Shown here piece after piece: positions 34,562-47,542 of a DNA stretch of 64,000 bases. The DNA comes from Paraphysomonas bandaiensis (lineage: Eukaryota; Protista; Chrysophyceae). The stretch covers positions 50,585-114,584 of the forward strand of contig CBFFRP010000211.1 of the NCBI GenBank assembly GCA_965644295.1, written 5' to 3'. Under the pieces are notes generated by a model that saw only the letters and a program-made list of their open reading frames with translations, did not search any database and had not been told where the DNA came from. The translations under genes were made by a program, and so were the position numbers. Within the stretch, counting starts at the first letter, position 1. Every line of letters starts with the position of its first letter.

Positions 34562-36002
34562 ATGGAAGGCAGTGCGACTGCGAACACATCTCAAGAAAAA
34601 GACTGGCGCGAAGACTGCGTAAAGCCTGAAAAAGACACCCGTGTCCAAACATTGGTAAGTGTGTGATGACTACGAGCAACTAGACGTTAACATCAATCAA
34701 AAGGATGTCACAGCAACCAAAGGACATGAATTTGAAGATTATTACTTGAAACGCGAGCTTCTTATGGGCATTTTTGAGAAGGGGTTTGAGAAGCCCAGCC
34801 CTATCCAAGAGGAAGCCATCCCTATCATCCTCGCAGGAAGAGATGTCTTGGCAAGAGCTAAAAATGGAACAGGAAAGACTGCCGCTTTTATTATACCATG
34901 TCTAGAGAAAGTTGACACATCCGTCAACCACATACAAGGTATACATTGGCCCAGGTTTTTCTATAGAAGTGAAGTTTACCGCGTGTAGTTTTATTACTGG
35001 TCCCAACTCGTGAGTTGGCTCTACAAACATCTGCTATTGTGAAAGAGATTGGAAAGCACATGGCTGTTCAAGTTATGGTGACCACTGGTGGAACTAATTT
35101 AAGGTGACACAACTACATTGCATGGATATATGTTGGGCTCATTGGGTTTGCAGAGATGATATTATGCGACTCTATTCCCCGGTACATATTTTAGTTGGGA
35201 CACCGGGTAGAATCCACGACCTTGCTGACAAGGGCATCGCTGATCTCAGCCACTGCAGCACATTCGTTATGGATGAGGTCAGGCTACACCAGCACATCCT
35301 TCTTTTCTAACCAATATGGCTTTATAGGCTGATAAACTACTGAGCCCTGAATTCCAACCTGTACTCGAAGCACTTATTGAAAAAACAGCTGCCGAGCGCC
35401 AAATTCTTCTATTCTCTGCCACTTTCCCTGTTACTGTGAGAGGGTTCAAACAAAAGTTTCTGCCAAATGGCTACATCATCAATCTAATGGACGAGCTCAC
35501 TCTCCGAGGTATCACCCAATTTTATGCTTTCGTAGAGGAGCGCCAGAAGGTTCATTGTCTTAATACTCTTTTCTCGAAGCTGGAGATCAACCAGAGTATC
35601 ATATTCTGCAACTCAGTGAATCGTGTCGAACTGCTGGCTAAAAAAATCTCCGAACTTGGATACAGTTGCTTCTATATCCACGCAAAAATGAAACAAGAAG
35701 ACCGCAATCGCGTCTTCCATGAGTTCCGCAATGGCTCTACCCGACATTTGGTCTCATCTGACCTCTTCACCCGCGGTATTGATATTCAGTCTGTCAACGT
35801 AGTGATCAACTTTGACTTCCCTAAGACAGCAGAAACCTACCTGCATCGCATTGGGCGATCAGGAAGATTTGGTCATCTTGGTCTAGCTATTAACCTTATC
35901 ACGTACGACGACCGCTATAATCTATTCCGCGTGGAGCAAGAACTCGGCACTGAGATTCGCCCCATTCCCCCTCAGATTGACCGCAATCTGTACTGTAGAT
36001 AA
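34562..36002 (+). CDS. DDX6: DEAD-box RNA helicase DDX6/Dhh1, 5 exons
   Basis: [44 protein letters not shown] (across an intron), [15 protein letters not shown]; four GT-AG introns. Confidence 0.97.
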
Positions 36003-37175
36003 GTCCCCTATCCTCTGCACACTGGTGTTCATATATCAACCCAGCTGCATACTCTTCTTCTCCTCTCTCTACCTATCCTCTACTCTCTTATTTACCACTA
36101 TATGATACTATAACATATCTCTACTCAACTCTTACTTATATGATGATATTTTAGCGATTAGTTTATTCACACATAGCATAGTTATCTGTGTTAGTAGCGT
36201 GCCATCACAGAATGGTAATGTTTGCTTGGTACAGAAGAATATATATATGATAATGTTAGTTAGTAAATGACTGTGCGCTGTGTGTGGTTTACATGGTGCA
36301 AATGGTCATCTCTACAAGTTGAAGTGAATCCCTTGTGCCCTTCTCCACGATGACCCTAGTCTTTGATTTGTGTTGTGGAGTGGTGGCTCTTAGCTTGTAG
36401 TATATGTGGAGATACTTTTGTCAGTTTCTACGCATGGATTGTTCGAAGCATGTCGACTTGCTTCGGTACAGTAGTTTCACACAATCTATTTCTCTTCGTT
36501 AACGGTACTTTGTGCACTATTTAGATGGGTTGTATCATGCCCAGATATATGTCCTTCAAATTAGGAATCTTAGTATCGTAGCATAGCCATTCGTCTTTGC
36601 TGAAAGAGGGCATTCTAGTTCCTCGTCTCTTTTGTCTCTTCACTGTGTTACATCCTTCTTGTCTCTCTCCCTCTCATTCTTCCATCCCTTATCCCGGGGA
36701 GTTTTCATTTGATTTAAAACTCTTGAAAAACTAAGTAAGTAATCAAATTTCTCCCACATTTACTCGTACGAAACATAGAAATGCTGTCACCTCTATCGCA
36801 ACTTAAATCCATGAGTTACTGTTCATCCAAATTTCATGATTGTAATTAGATATTAGGATGGATTATGCTGAATCAACAGAATGTTTAGCTCACTCCATTA
36901 TCAATTAGTGATATTATAATCAATCAATATTACCAACTCTCAGAAACAGTCTTGTATTTCAGTTTACCTCCGAATGAGCAAAACTAAACACATAATTCTG
37001 CTAATGACAGACAGGATATTTCATTTTGCGGTCGGATCTGAAGAGTGAGTGGATCTGAATAGTGTGCTCAATTGTTACAGGAGTAGCATGTCTTGGTGTG
37101 ACAACCTGTTGAGGATGAATTCAGATTAAAGGCGTGCGGGTGAGAGACGGATACACTGTCATTTCATGCATTTTT

Positions 37176-37682
37176 GAAAGTCTTATTACTAGCAATAGGC
37201 GTTAAGAAACAGCACCAGTTCAGTAGCTAGAAGAAAACCAGTTAAGACCTGTAACTAACTGGTACAAACTCTATTAATCATCCTACTATTTAACGCTACG
37301 AAAGCTGCTTGTACGTCACTTTCGCTCCATCGCTCAAAGCAAACGTCGTGAGCAAGCAGAATGTTGATATACCTGATATCTGCTGACTTCAGTATTTTGA
37401 GTCCTTAAGATGAACAGCCCGGATGCTTGACTTCAGTATAGGCAGCCCAATATACCCCAGTTACCTTCAGGTGCCGGATGCCTGTTTATTCGTCAAGGCC
37501 TAAAGACGTCTACACAAGTGACACTTATTGGTGTCCCTTGTACCACACAAGCATTAGACTATGAGTGAGCAGAACAATGTCTGCTGTCTATGTTTGCGGC
37601 TCACGTTAGTTTCCCGGAGAAATATCTCCGGTACATATCTCCAGAACACCTCTTAAAACGGTGCAAACCCGACTTTGTTGAG
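37176..37682 (-). mobile_element. SINE-like dispersed repeat family 1, copy A (apparently full length)
   Basis: Reverse complement aligns with 37859-38320 and with copies near 46.5 kb and 56.6 kb. Confidence 0.7.
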
Positions 37683-37858
37683 AGTACCATATCAAGGTGC
37701 AGAGTGTTTAACTGCAAGTGTTTGATGCCTATCATTATTTGCTATACTTGCTGATGTACTTGCTTGTTATAATAAAACAGATTATCCATGATTACTATAC
37801 ATAGATCATATTAATTAACAAGCTTGTGGTACGTAGTTCCTAAGTACTATATAATTCC

Positions 37859-38320
37859 CTCAACAAGGTTGGGTTTGCACCTTTTCGTGGTGATCTGGGG
37901 GATAAGTACCGGAGATATTTCTCCGGGAAACTAACGTGAGCCGCATATATATATTGTGACCACTCATAGACTCTAATATAAGTGTCACTTGCGTAGACGT
38001 CTTCTTGGGCCCTGACAAATAAACAAGCATATTATGGGAATGGACCCACCTCAAGGGCATCCGGGCTGATCACCTTACGGACTCAGAAGTCCTGAAGTTA
38101 GCAGATATCAGGTATATCAATATTCTGCTTGCTCACTGCGTTTGCTTTTGATGATAGAGCAAAATTGGTTGCACTTTGGTGCTTGTGGTGGCGCACAAGC
38201 AGCTTTCGTAGAATTATATAGTAAGATATTAGAGTCAAGCAACAAGCTAGTAGTTAAATTGCAATGCTGCATTAGTTCTGACTCTTAAACGCTAATAATA
38301 TGACTTTCACTACTACTACT
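37859..38320 (+). mobile_element. SINE-like dispersed repeat family 1, copy B (apparently full length, (TAC)n tail)
   Basis: Same 5' boundary as copy A (CTCAACAA.GT.GGGTTTGCACC); ends GACTTTCACTACTACTACT. Confidence 0.7.
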
Positions 38321-39233
38321 ATAATATTATACTATTGTAGTTTTTACTATATATATAATATAATATAATATAATATAATATATATATAATATAATATAAT
38401 ATTGTTCACTAGCCCTGCTGGTTTTAATATATATATATGTCTACACAAGTGACGCTTATATATCATTTAGTTTATTGCTGAAATTAGGTAACACCCTCTG
38501 GATAGATTATTAAATACAACGGAATACAACATACGAAGCCACTGCCCCAAAAGTAAACATTATGCAAACGTGGGAATTTTACGATATTTTGGGAAATTTA
38601 GGAGTAGAAATGTTAAAGAAACTATTCTATTTGTGGTATTAGGGTAGTTAATTTTATTATAATATATTTCAGTCTCATAGGATGTAACAGAAGCGCGTTC
38701 TTGCTTACCAGCAACCACGTTATCTGCCCTCATAATACCACTGTCAACCCATTCATCATCATGATGAGCGAAAAAAATGTAGTTGCCAGCAGTCATTGCC
38801 CAACTCGTAGCTACATTGTTTCTAGCCACTTGTGATTTAAATATACAACTAGCCACGTAGCAGCAGCATGACTGTACAACATAATATATATAGACACTGT
38901 GCAACCAATACACTATTGTCTCTCAATACAAGATGAGCCTAGCAGTCAATTAGGTAAACAAAAGATCACACGTGTAGCATTATATATAACAATATACAAC
39001 ATACCCATCCATAACCAATACACGTCATACACTATCTCTCGGTACACCCTGCCTGAGCATAGTATATTCACTCAGCTAACACACGTAGCAGCAGTATGAC
39101 TGTACTTCATGTTTCATACTTTCATTGCTATAATACTCATAATTCCATCATTGTTAAGTAAAGTAAATAATCAACACCGACACTAATAAAGGTAACGCCT
39201 CACTACTCTACATGGAATGTGTATATTACCACT

Positions 39234-40958
39234 CAGGCCTGCGTAACAATTAATTATTGGTTTTAAAAGAAATAATTTCAATGATTATTAATGGTAATTG
39301 TTACCAATTAATTTCAATTAATAGGCTAGCTAAATTGTATATACTATATTAGCATCTTATTATTATGATGTATAGTTACTAAACGTAGGTACAAATTAAT
39401 TATCTGTAAGCATAGAAGTTTGGACGTATGTGCACAGTCATGTTATCATTTTATTCATCATAATTGTGTGTAATAGTCAATAAAAGGGTTTTTATATATA
39501 TACACTTTAACCTCTCAGCACGGAAGTTAGTAATATAGCATGTCAAAGGAGGTTGTTGGCAAAGAACAAACTGAGCATAGTGTAGATAAATATCATATAT
39601 AAGGTGATTGCAGATATCCAACTGCTTCGAAATATTAAAGTATAGTAGTGTATCAGAGGAAGAGAAGGATGTCTGTGTGCAAGAATACACTCATACAGAG
39701 AAACCGTAGTGTGTGTACAATAATAATAGACTAGAATGCTTATCATTATTATTTATTTATTCAACAGGATGGTATCGTATGAACAAATGTCACTAGTGTT
39801 TTTTGAACTAAAAGTGGAACTACCAAACGGAGGGTTTCTAAATGGCAATGTAAAGAATGTCCAGTCGGGAAGGGCCTATTGAGGCAAAAGAATGGACCAG
39901 GGTTGACGCAATTTGCAAACCATATACGGGTTGGAGTGACAAGCTGCAATAACTGGAAATGGTCCTTTAGATGGTTATGTCCAAAACTGCCAACACGATA
40001 TCGTTGCATGATGTCTAGCATTTGTATAGCACTACCATTGTTTGTGAGAAATTGTTTAGTAGAGCTAAGATTGTTATTGTTATGACTGATTTTCGCAAGC
40101 GAATGACACCTAGACACCTTGAAATGTTAATGCTTCTGCGTGATAATCAGCATCTGTGGAATGAGATTACAGTTCAGAATGTTATTCTAAAATATAGATA
40201 TAGAATTGAAGGTAATTAATTGGATGCTTCATTAATTATTGCAATTATTTTCTGTTGCGCAGTCCCACCCTCCTCAATCAGATGTTGCCTCTTTTGCACC
40301 AACGACTCCCTGTTGCTGGACACACCGGATGACCCTCATATCCAACTCCTGTCCAGCTATACACTCTCTTGCATGCGCTCTCTACCGCTGGCTAAGACAT
40401 CAAAAGTGTCGATTTCGACGCTTCTTCACAGTAGGCCATAACCTTTTGCAAGAAGACCTTCATCCACATACCTCCGAGCCATTTGGCACAATGCCTAAAG
40501 GAAGGCCACCAGATCGCCAATCTCAGCAGGGTATAGTACTGTTTCCCCTGGTTGCCGTGAGGTACATAAGGCAGTCTCCGAGGCAAATTGCACACAATGT
40601 ATGTGTAGTCATATAACGAGTGGAGTCTCATCCCAAAGGGAGACCTCCAGATCACACGCGCCGGTGAGTCCCAGGACACACGAGCATGGCGAGCCTCATA
40701 ACACACACTAAGAACGGAAGTGGTCGCACCTTGTTGGTGCTTGCGGCGACGCACAAGCAGCTTCCGTAGCGTTAAATAGTAGGATAATAGAATTTGTATT
40801 GATTAGTTACGGGTAGAGATCTAACTAGTATGTCTAGCATTCACCTAGCCACTACATTGGTGCAGGTTCTTAACGCCTATTGCTAAATAAAAAGACTTTT
40901 AATATATTGCAATTATTTTTCTTGGTCATCTGTCACCAATTCTTGTTACGCAAGCCTG
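39234..40958 (+). mobile_element. Internally deleted hAT-superfamily DNA transposon
   Basis: 16-bp terminal inverted repeats matching 15/16 (CAGGCCTGCGTAACAA at 39234-39249; TTGTTACGCAAGCCTG at 40943-40958). BED-finger-like KWQCKEC...QKNGPGLTQFANHI at about 39840-39927; hAT dimerisation-like CEKLFSRAKIV..TDFRKRMTPRHLEMLMLLRDNQHLW at 40022-40219. No 8-bp TSD seen. Confidence 0.8.
40252..40904 (+). mobile_element. 5'-truncated non-LTR (LINE-like) fragment nested in the hAT element; shares its 3' tail with family 1
   Basis: Flanked by a 15-bp direct repeat TATTGCAATTATTTT (40237-40251 and 40905-40919). The last ~170 nt match the family 1 tail; the GC-richer body has only degenerate coding potential. 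Confidence 0.65.
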
Positions 40959-41000
40959 TATATAACTGTAATGCACCACAACCAATATGGCGCTTCATGA

Positions 41001-41248
41001 TAATGCAGATTAAAGCTTAATAATAGTAAAAAGAATGATGTGATTATTAGAGCGTAAAGTGATGAACACAGTAATGTAGAATGTAGAAAAGTGAATTATA
41101 ATGCAGAACGTAACTATCACACACAACGGAATAGTTAGAAGTATGACGATCAAGGATCTTCAACAGATACAATCATTAACTCAGTTCATGGTATATTTCA
41201 TTGAACATTATATTTCACATAATATACTACTGTATCTTCTATTAAGAT
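41001..41248 (+). repeat. AT-rich dispersed repeat family 2, copy 1
   Basis: Shares AACTATCACACACAACGGAA and CAGTTCATGRTATATTTCATTGAACAT with 57107-57366, and the latter block (inverted) with 61659-61876. Confidence 0.85.
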
Positions 41249-41600
41249 CAATCTTAGTAATGTTTCCTCCAACTTAACCACTTACTCTCTTGTTGAAATG
41301 AAATATGTACTCCTATCTCCTTCGAGACTTGGCTCAAAGGCTTACAACTAGTCGTCTATATGATATACGCAAACGATAAAATACAACCAAACATAACTAA
41401 AGGTTTAACTTATTATTTAACGCCCCACTACTACAGGCTACATGGAATGTGTATATAATTGACAAGACATATGGCGTTTCATGATGCTTAAATATAGCTC
41501 CCTTCAATTCAACCACTTACTCTCTTGTATAACATTTTCTCAAGCAAGCAGCCGCCTATGGCTATGCTATGTCCACATTATAAGCACTCTAATCAAGAGC

Positions 41601-43145
41601 TCAGGCCTCTTTCTTCTTTTTCTTCTTCTTCACCTCTCCCTCGTCATCAGCCTTAAACACATATGTCATTATCATCGAAATTCAATTCAAACAACTGTAC
41701 AATACCTTCTTTTTTGACTTCTTTTTAGGTTTTTCTTCTTCAACAGGGTCCTCTGACGCCGCGCGCTTTTTCTTACTTTTCTTTTCCTTCTTTGTAGAAT
41801 TCTCACCATCTTCTACGCCATCGAGAATCATATCAGAAGCATCATTGAATTTAGGAGGGGCAAGTGCACGCGCACTGGCTGCATCATACGCAGTCGGGCC
41901 AGCACCATTTCCCCCCATGGACACACGACCCTGGCCACCCTCAAGCTGGCGGATACGGTTTTCGACTTTGAGCTTATTCTCGACAGCAATAGTGGGGCCA
42001 GATGATTCACCTAGAGCATCTACACGAATCGCCAGGGCAGTTTTGGCCGCCAAAACACGACTAATCTTTCCTTTGTTCTTAGGGGTGGTCTGACCAATCA
42101 ACGAGGCATGGTAAATTAAACCGTACTTTGGCGTATCGTGTTTGGTCTTCAGGGCACGGAAGAGAGCCTTCTCGGCACCAAGGATCTGCACAGTAGATGC
42201 TGGATGCTTGGCGAGATTGAGAAGACTTCCCGCGTGGGCGATTAATCTGGCTCCTACAAGCTCCCCAACCATGACAGTGAGGTTAGGGGCAATGGCAGTC
42301 ATGCGGTTCTTGAGATACTCAAACAGCTGAATGCGATACTCAGAGAGGTCTATAACTTGCCTACATAGGGCCTGAATATTGGACAGGTCAGTTTCTGATA
42401 TCTCTGTACCCATAGAAGTCTCTGCGGTTTTCTTTAGGGTTTCTTCCATTGTCTCATCGCCTAGAATGTCGGAGAAGTCATGGGACTTGCACTCAGTTCT
42501 CATACCCATACGAAGTACACACTTAGCATAAAACATGTTGTCATTCATGATCTTGGCCATCTCAGGGAAATGCCAACCATACCATTCTCTAACTCTCATA
42601 GCATATATATTAATCTCTTTATCCAAATCATCCAGCAAGCCGATTGCCTGGACAATCATGATATCAACTTTATCGGCAGAAAACTTTAATTTATAGCGAG
42701 ACAAGGAATGTGAGAGACCGAGTTGCATCTGTCGTAGTCCGCCCTCCTCAACACCTGACAACAATGAATCCATTTGTGACCTAACTCCACGGAAAAGCTC
42801 CATGACAGTATCGTTATGAACACATCGAATATCCATTTTTTCCTTCAGTAAATTGCCAAGCTTGACATCAGCAACAGCCAATTCATCAGAAACTGATTTC
42901 GAGATAATGTTCTTCTTTAAAAACTGTTTAAGCGATTTGTCCAACTTATTTGTATCTATTAAACTTGTGGCAGCAACTACAGCTTCAGTTGTATTTTCGA
43001 AAGGGCTAAAAGCTTTTAGCTTTACAACACTAGCTGCACTAGAAGGGGACTGGAATTCCTGCCATATATCAGATACTTCACCTAGCTTATCAGACTTCAC
43101 TTTGAACAATGCATAACCAGCAGGAGTTTCAAATAACAACAACAT
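41601..43145 (-). CDS. NOP58: Nucleolar protein 58 (box C/D snoRNP core); intron 41652-41705
   Basis: MLLLFETPAGYALFKV, REWYGWHFPE, PASTVQILGAEKALFRALKTKHDTPKYGLIYHAS; the lysine-rich tail is completed by a last exon ADDEGEVKKKKKKKEA*. Confidence 0.96.
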
Positions 43146-43378
43146 GATCGACAACACTGACACTGGCGGAGACTATTAATGACAATTAATGCATGCAGCG
43201 TCAGACAATATTGCAATAGTTGCATGGGTGCATCGAACTCCTCCACAGCACCAACTCCCACTCCCTCTCCTCCAATCAACACACTACATCCTCCCCACCA
43301 CTACCACACATACACCTTCAAGAGACAAACGTATACTGAAAACTATCTGCTGCTCCTCCTTCCTCTTCTATTGCTGCT

Positions 43379-43475
43379 GCTCCTGATGATGAGATAGGTA
43401 TTCACACAGTATTCTTCTAGAAATGAACCACCTACACACCAACTGTATTCCCATAGTCGGAAGAATCTGATGGGC
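43379..43475 (+). ncRNA. Candidate box C/D snoRNA
   Basis: ATGATGA at 43386-43392 and CTGA at 43467-43470, with a short terminal stem GCTC/GGGC; guide target not established. Confidence 0.3.
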
Positions 43476-43634
43476 TGTTTCTAACCACACATACACACAT
43501 ATACAGGGGTATGGAGATGTTAGTAATAATCCAGAACACAGCCAGCCGTCACCAACAGCACTCACACCACTGATCGAATCAGTCCAGCGAACAATCACAC
43601 TGTGCCATTGTTACCTCTAGTATTAGTAAGAAAC

Positions 43635-45851
43635 ATGTTAACTAGAAGCATCTCTCGATTCCCTAAGGTATGACGAGTGGATCTGATGAGATGAGATGTA
43701 ATGAGATGTCTTGCAGGGTTTTGTCGCCAGGTCTTACACTCGGTCACCTGTTGCTGCCGCAGCCGATGCAGGCGATATTATAGGCATTGATTTAGGAACC
43801 ACTAACTCATGTGTGTCTGTTATGGAAGGAAAGTCGGCGAGAGTTATTGAGAATGCAGAGGGAGCCAGAACAACTCCTTCCGTAGTCGCATTCACTAATG
43901 ATGGTCAGCGTCTTGTCGGTCTAGCTGCCCGTCGCCAAGCCGTTACCAACCCTACCAACACATTATATGCCGTCAAGAGACTTATTGGGCGCTCATTTGA
44001 TGACCCTATTGTGAAAGATATCCAGAAGTTAGTTCCTTACAAGCTAGTTAAAGCCGATGGCAGCTCTGACTGTTGGGTGGAGAGCCAGGGCAACAAATAC
44101 TCCCCTTCGCAGATTGGTTCTATGGTTCTTGGCAAGATGAAGGAAACTGCTGAAGGTTTCCTTGGACGTCCTGTGTCCAAGGCTGTCATTACTGTTCCTG
44201 CCTACTTCAATGACTCCCAAAGACAGGCTACCAAGGACGCGGGTAAAATCGCTGGCCTAGAAGTCATGCGTATTATCAATGAGCCCACTGCTGCGGCTCT
44301 CGCTTATGGTCTCGATAAGGCTGATGGGAAAGTTATTGCTGTGTTCGATCTGGGAGGAGGAACATTTGATATTTCAATCCTCGAGATCAACGGGGGTGTA
44401 TTTGAGGTAAAGGCCACAAATGGTGACACCCTTCTAGGTGGTGAGGATTTTGATGAAGTTCTTCTACAACACCTGCTCTCTGAATTCAAGTAAGTATCTG
44501 TCGTAATCCACATGTGACGTTTTATCTTCCCATGATTTTGTGCTTAATTGTGTATAACACTGTGCTGTAGGCGCGAGAGTGGGCTAGACCTCAGCAACGA
44601 TGCCCTTGCTATGCAACGTCTCCGTGAGGCTGCTGAAAAGGCCAAGCGTGAACTTGATGGCCTTGCTGCCACCGAGGTGTCTCTTCCATTCATTACTGCA
44701 GATGCCTCCGGCCCTAAGCATATGAATGTTCGTCTGACCAAAGCCAAATTTGAGTCCCTCGTAGATCATTTGGTTCAAAAAACTGTGGGACCATGCAAGA
44801 ACTGTCTCAAGGACTCTGGCGTTAAGAAGGAGGAGCTGGGTGAGGTGCTCCTTGTTGGTGGAATGACCCGTATGCCCAAGGTTCAGGAGAGCGTCGAGCA
44901 GTTCTTTGGTCGCAAGCCCTCTAAGGGTGTTAACCCTGACGAAGTTGTTGCAATGGGTGCTGCTATTCAGGGTGGCGTCCTTCGTGGAGATGTCAAGGAT
45001 ATCCTTCTCTTGGATGTTACACCTCTTTCTTTGGGCCTTGAGACATTGGGTGGTGTCTTTACTCGCTTAATCAACCGCAACACTACCATTCCTACCAAGA
45101 AGACACAAACTTTTTCCACAGCTGCTGACAGCCAGACGCAAGTGCAGATCACCGTTCTGCAGGGTGAAAGAGAGATGGCAGCTGATAACAAGAAGCTCGG
45201 CGAGTTCGAGCTCGTTGGTATGTCAACTATACTTAACGCCTATTCTTGTGATTATTGTCTCAGGTATTCCTCCTGCTCCCCGCGGTATGCCTCAGATCGA
45301 AGTGTCATTTGATATCGACGCGGACGGTATCCTCCATGTAAGCGCGAAAGATAAGGCGACTAACAAAGAGCAGCGTATTGTCATTCAGAGCAGTGGTGGT
45401 TTGTCTGAGTCTGCAATTGAGGATATGATCAAGGATGCAGAGGCCAATCAGGCTGCGGATCAGAAGAGAAGAGAATCAGTTGAGGCCAGAAATGAACTTG
45501 ACAGGTATAACTCATGTTTGTAGTCTGCATGTGATTTGCACTAACTATTCGAGCAGTCTCATCCATTCTGTGGGCAAGAACCTTTCTGAACACGCCGATA
45601 AGGTTGATGCTGATACGAAGGCGGAAATCGAAAAGGCTCTTGAGGAAGCTAGGGCCCTTGATAGCACCTCTGACTTGGAAGTCATCAAGGAGAAGTCGGC
45701 TGCTCTCAGCGCAGCCTCAATGAAAATAGGGGAAGCGATGTACAAGAAGGGAGGAGATGGAGAGACTCCAGCAGAAGGCGAGGCACCCAAGGATGATAAA
45801 GATGCGACAGAGGCTGAGTATACTGAGAAAAAGAAGGAAGAGAAACAGTAG
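43635..45851 (+). CDS. HSPA9: Mitochondrial HSP70 (DnaK-type), 5 exons
   Basis: Arg/Ser-rich presequence [11 protein letters not shown]|GFVARSY; [34 protein letters not shown]; four GT-AG introns. Confidence 0.96.
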
Positions 45852-46471
45852 ACAAGTTCAGTGGAATTTCAGGATCAATTACACTGTGATATACTCTCGT
45901 TGAACCACTAGTTATGCAGCCAGATCGTGCAAGACATAATATGTTATACTACTCAAGTCGTTGCCCCTTGATTATAATATTACTAACAATTGGCACTAAC
46001 TGTTACTTTAGCTATCACTTATGCGTTTCACATCTATTTGTATGCGGAATACTGTAGTGTTTGGAACGCTTTGTATATGGCTCGAAGTCATATCTAGATA
46101 GTTGTAATTTTAAAGTAGTTGCAACACGCATAGCTAACATAGACCTGGAATAGCACTATTTGGCAGTTTAATGCAGCGGATCAGAGGACTCATATCGCTA
46201 CAATTATGATATAGATCAGGGATAGGGAACAATATATTGATTGGTGGACTGGTCAAATATTCCATCAATAGTGTTTCTGTTAAAAGAGCTCACAATACTA
46301 TTGATGGAACGCTACCTAACAATAGTATTGCAATATATTGTTCCCTATATCCCTGGTATAGATTATAGACAGAAACGAATAGCAGATTACCAAGGAAGTA
46401 GACCTATAATTCAACAGACTTAGCAAAGTGCATATCATGAGGAGAAGTGTACCACACGAGAAGCATTGGCT

Positions 46472-46778
46472 GTGTCACTTGTCACTTGTCACTTGTGTAT
46501 ACGTCTTTGGGCCCTGACTAATAAAAAGGCATCCATGGTATTGGGTTGCCTACTGAAGTCAAGCATTCGGGCTGTTCACCTGTTCACCTTACGGATATCA
46601 GGTATCAGGTATATATCAATATTCTGCTTGCTCACTGCGTTTGCTTTTGATGATAGAGCAAAATTGGTTACGCCTTGATGCTTGCGGTGACGCACAAGTA
46701 GCTTTCGTAGCGTTAAATTAGAGTTAAGCACTGACTCTTACACGCCTATTTTGCTAATAACACGACAATCACTACTAC
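46472..46778 (+). mobile_element. Family 1 SINE-like copy D (5'-truncated)
   Basis: Matches 37982-38320, e.g. TATATCAATATTCTGCTTGCTCACTGCGTTTGCTTTTGATGATAGAGCAAAATTGGTT; tail CACTACTAC. Confidence 0.75.
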
Positions 46779-47542
46779 CATACTCCATCTTATTAGAAAA
46801 TGACATAATTAGTAGTTGAACTTAGTAAGAAAGCTTATATTAAACACTTTAAGCAGAAAATTATATCATTCATTGTCATTCACCAACGCGATTAATCTCT
46901 ACTACACCAACCATTGTGCGGTCTTTTACATCGTCACTATGTTGTACAGTCAATGTACTTCAGTTATAGCTATCATATCATTGGTTCTCATAATACGGTT
47001 AGCTACTACTGTATTCTTTGCGTGACGGTTATAATTCAAATATTTTAGAAACTACGGCTTTTAATTTCTCACAAACAGCAAAACTCAACACATCTCATCT
47101 CTATTAGTTCAGTTTTTATGTTATTATACTATATATAAAGAAATTAAGAAAAACTGACTATATGAATAATGAATTCTTCCTATACAGTCTGTATATGTGT
47201 AGGGTGTAGGTTGTATAGTACATCGAATAACTAATATTTTGTGTCTGTATGATGTTGTTTATGTATATTAGTGGTTAAACATTATAGTACATTCACTAAC
47301 AAGTGAATTGTAAACAACATGATTTTATACTCTCACTAATTATTAACAACGAAAACACTTTACTATAGCTGCGACCAGTTTTATCAATCAAGTATACCTA
47401 GAATAATATATGTGTCCACGCTAGTAGGTTTACTAAACAAATATATTTTACCAATATAAAAGAGCAACATGTACAATAAAAATACGCACGAGTACTACCC
47501 ATGATAATCATAAATACACAAATTAGAAAAAATGCTGATGAA

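Noticed and set aside
43444-43492. U17/snR30-like m1/m2 motifs (TATTCC...AACCA)
   Set aside because: The flanking lower stem and H/ACA architecture are unconvincing.
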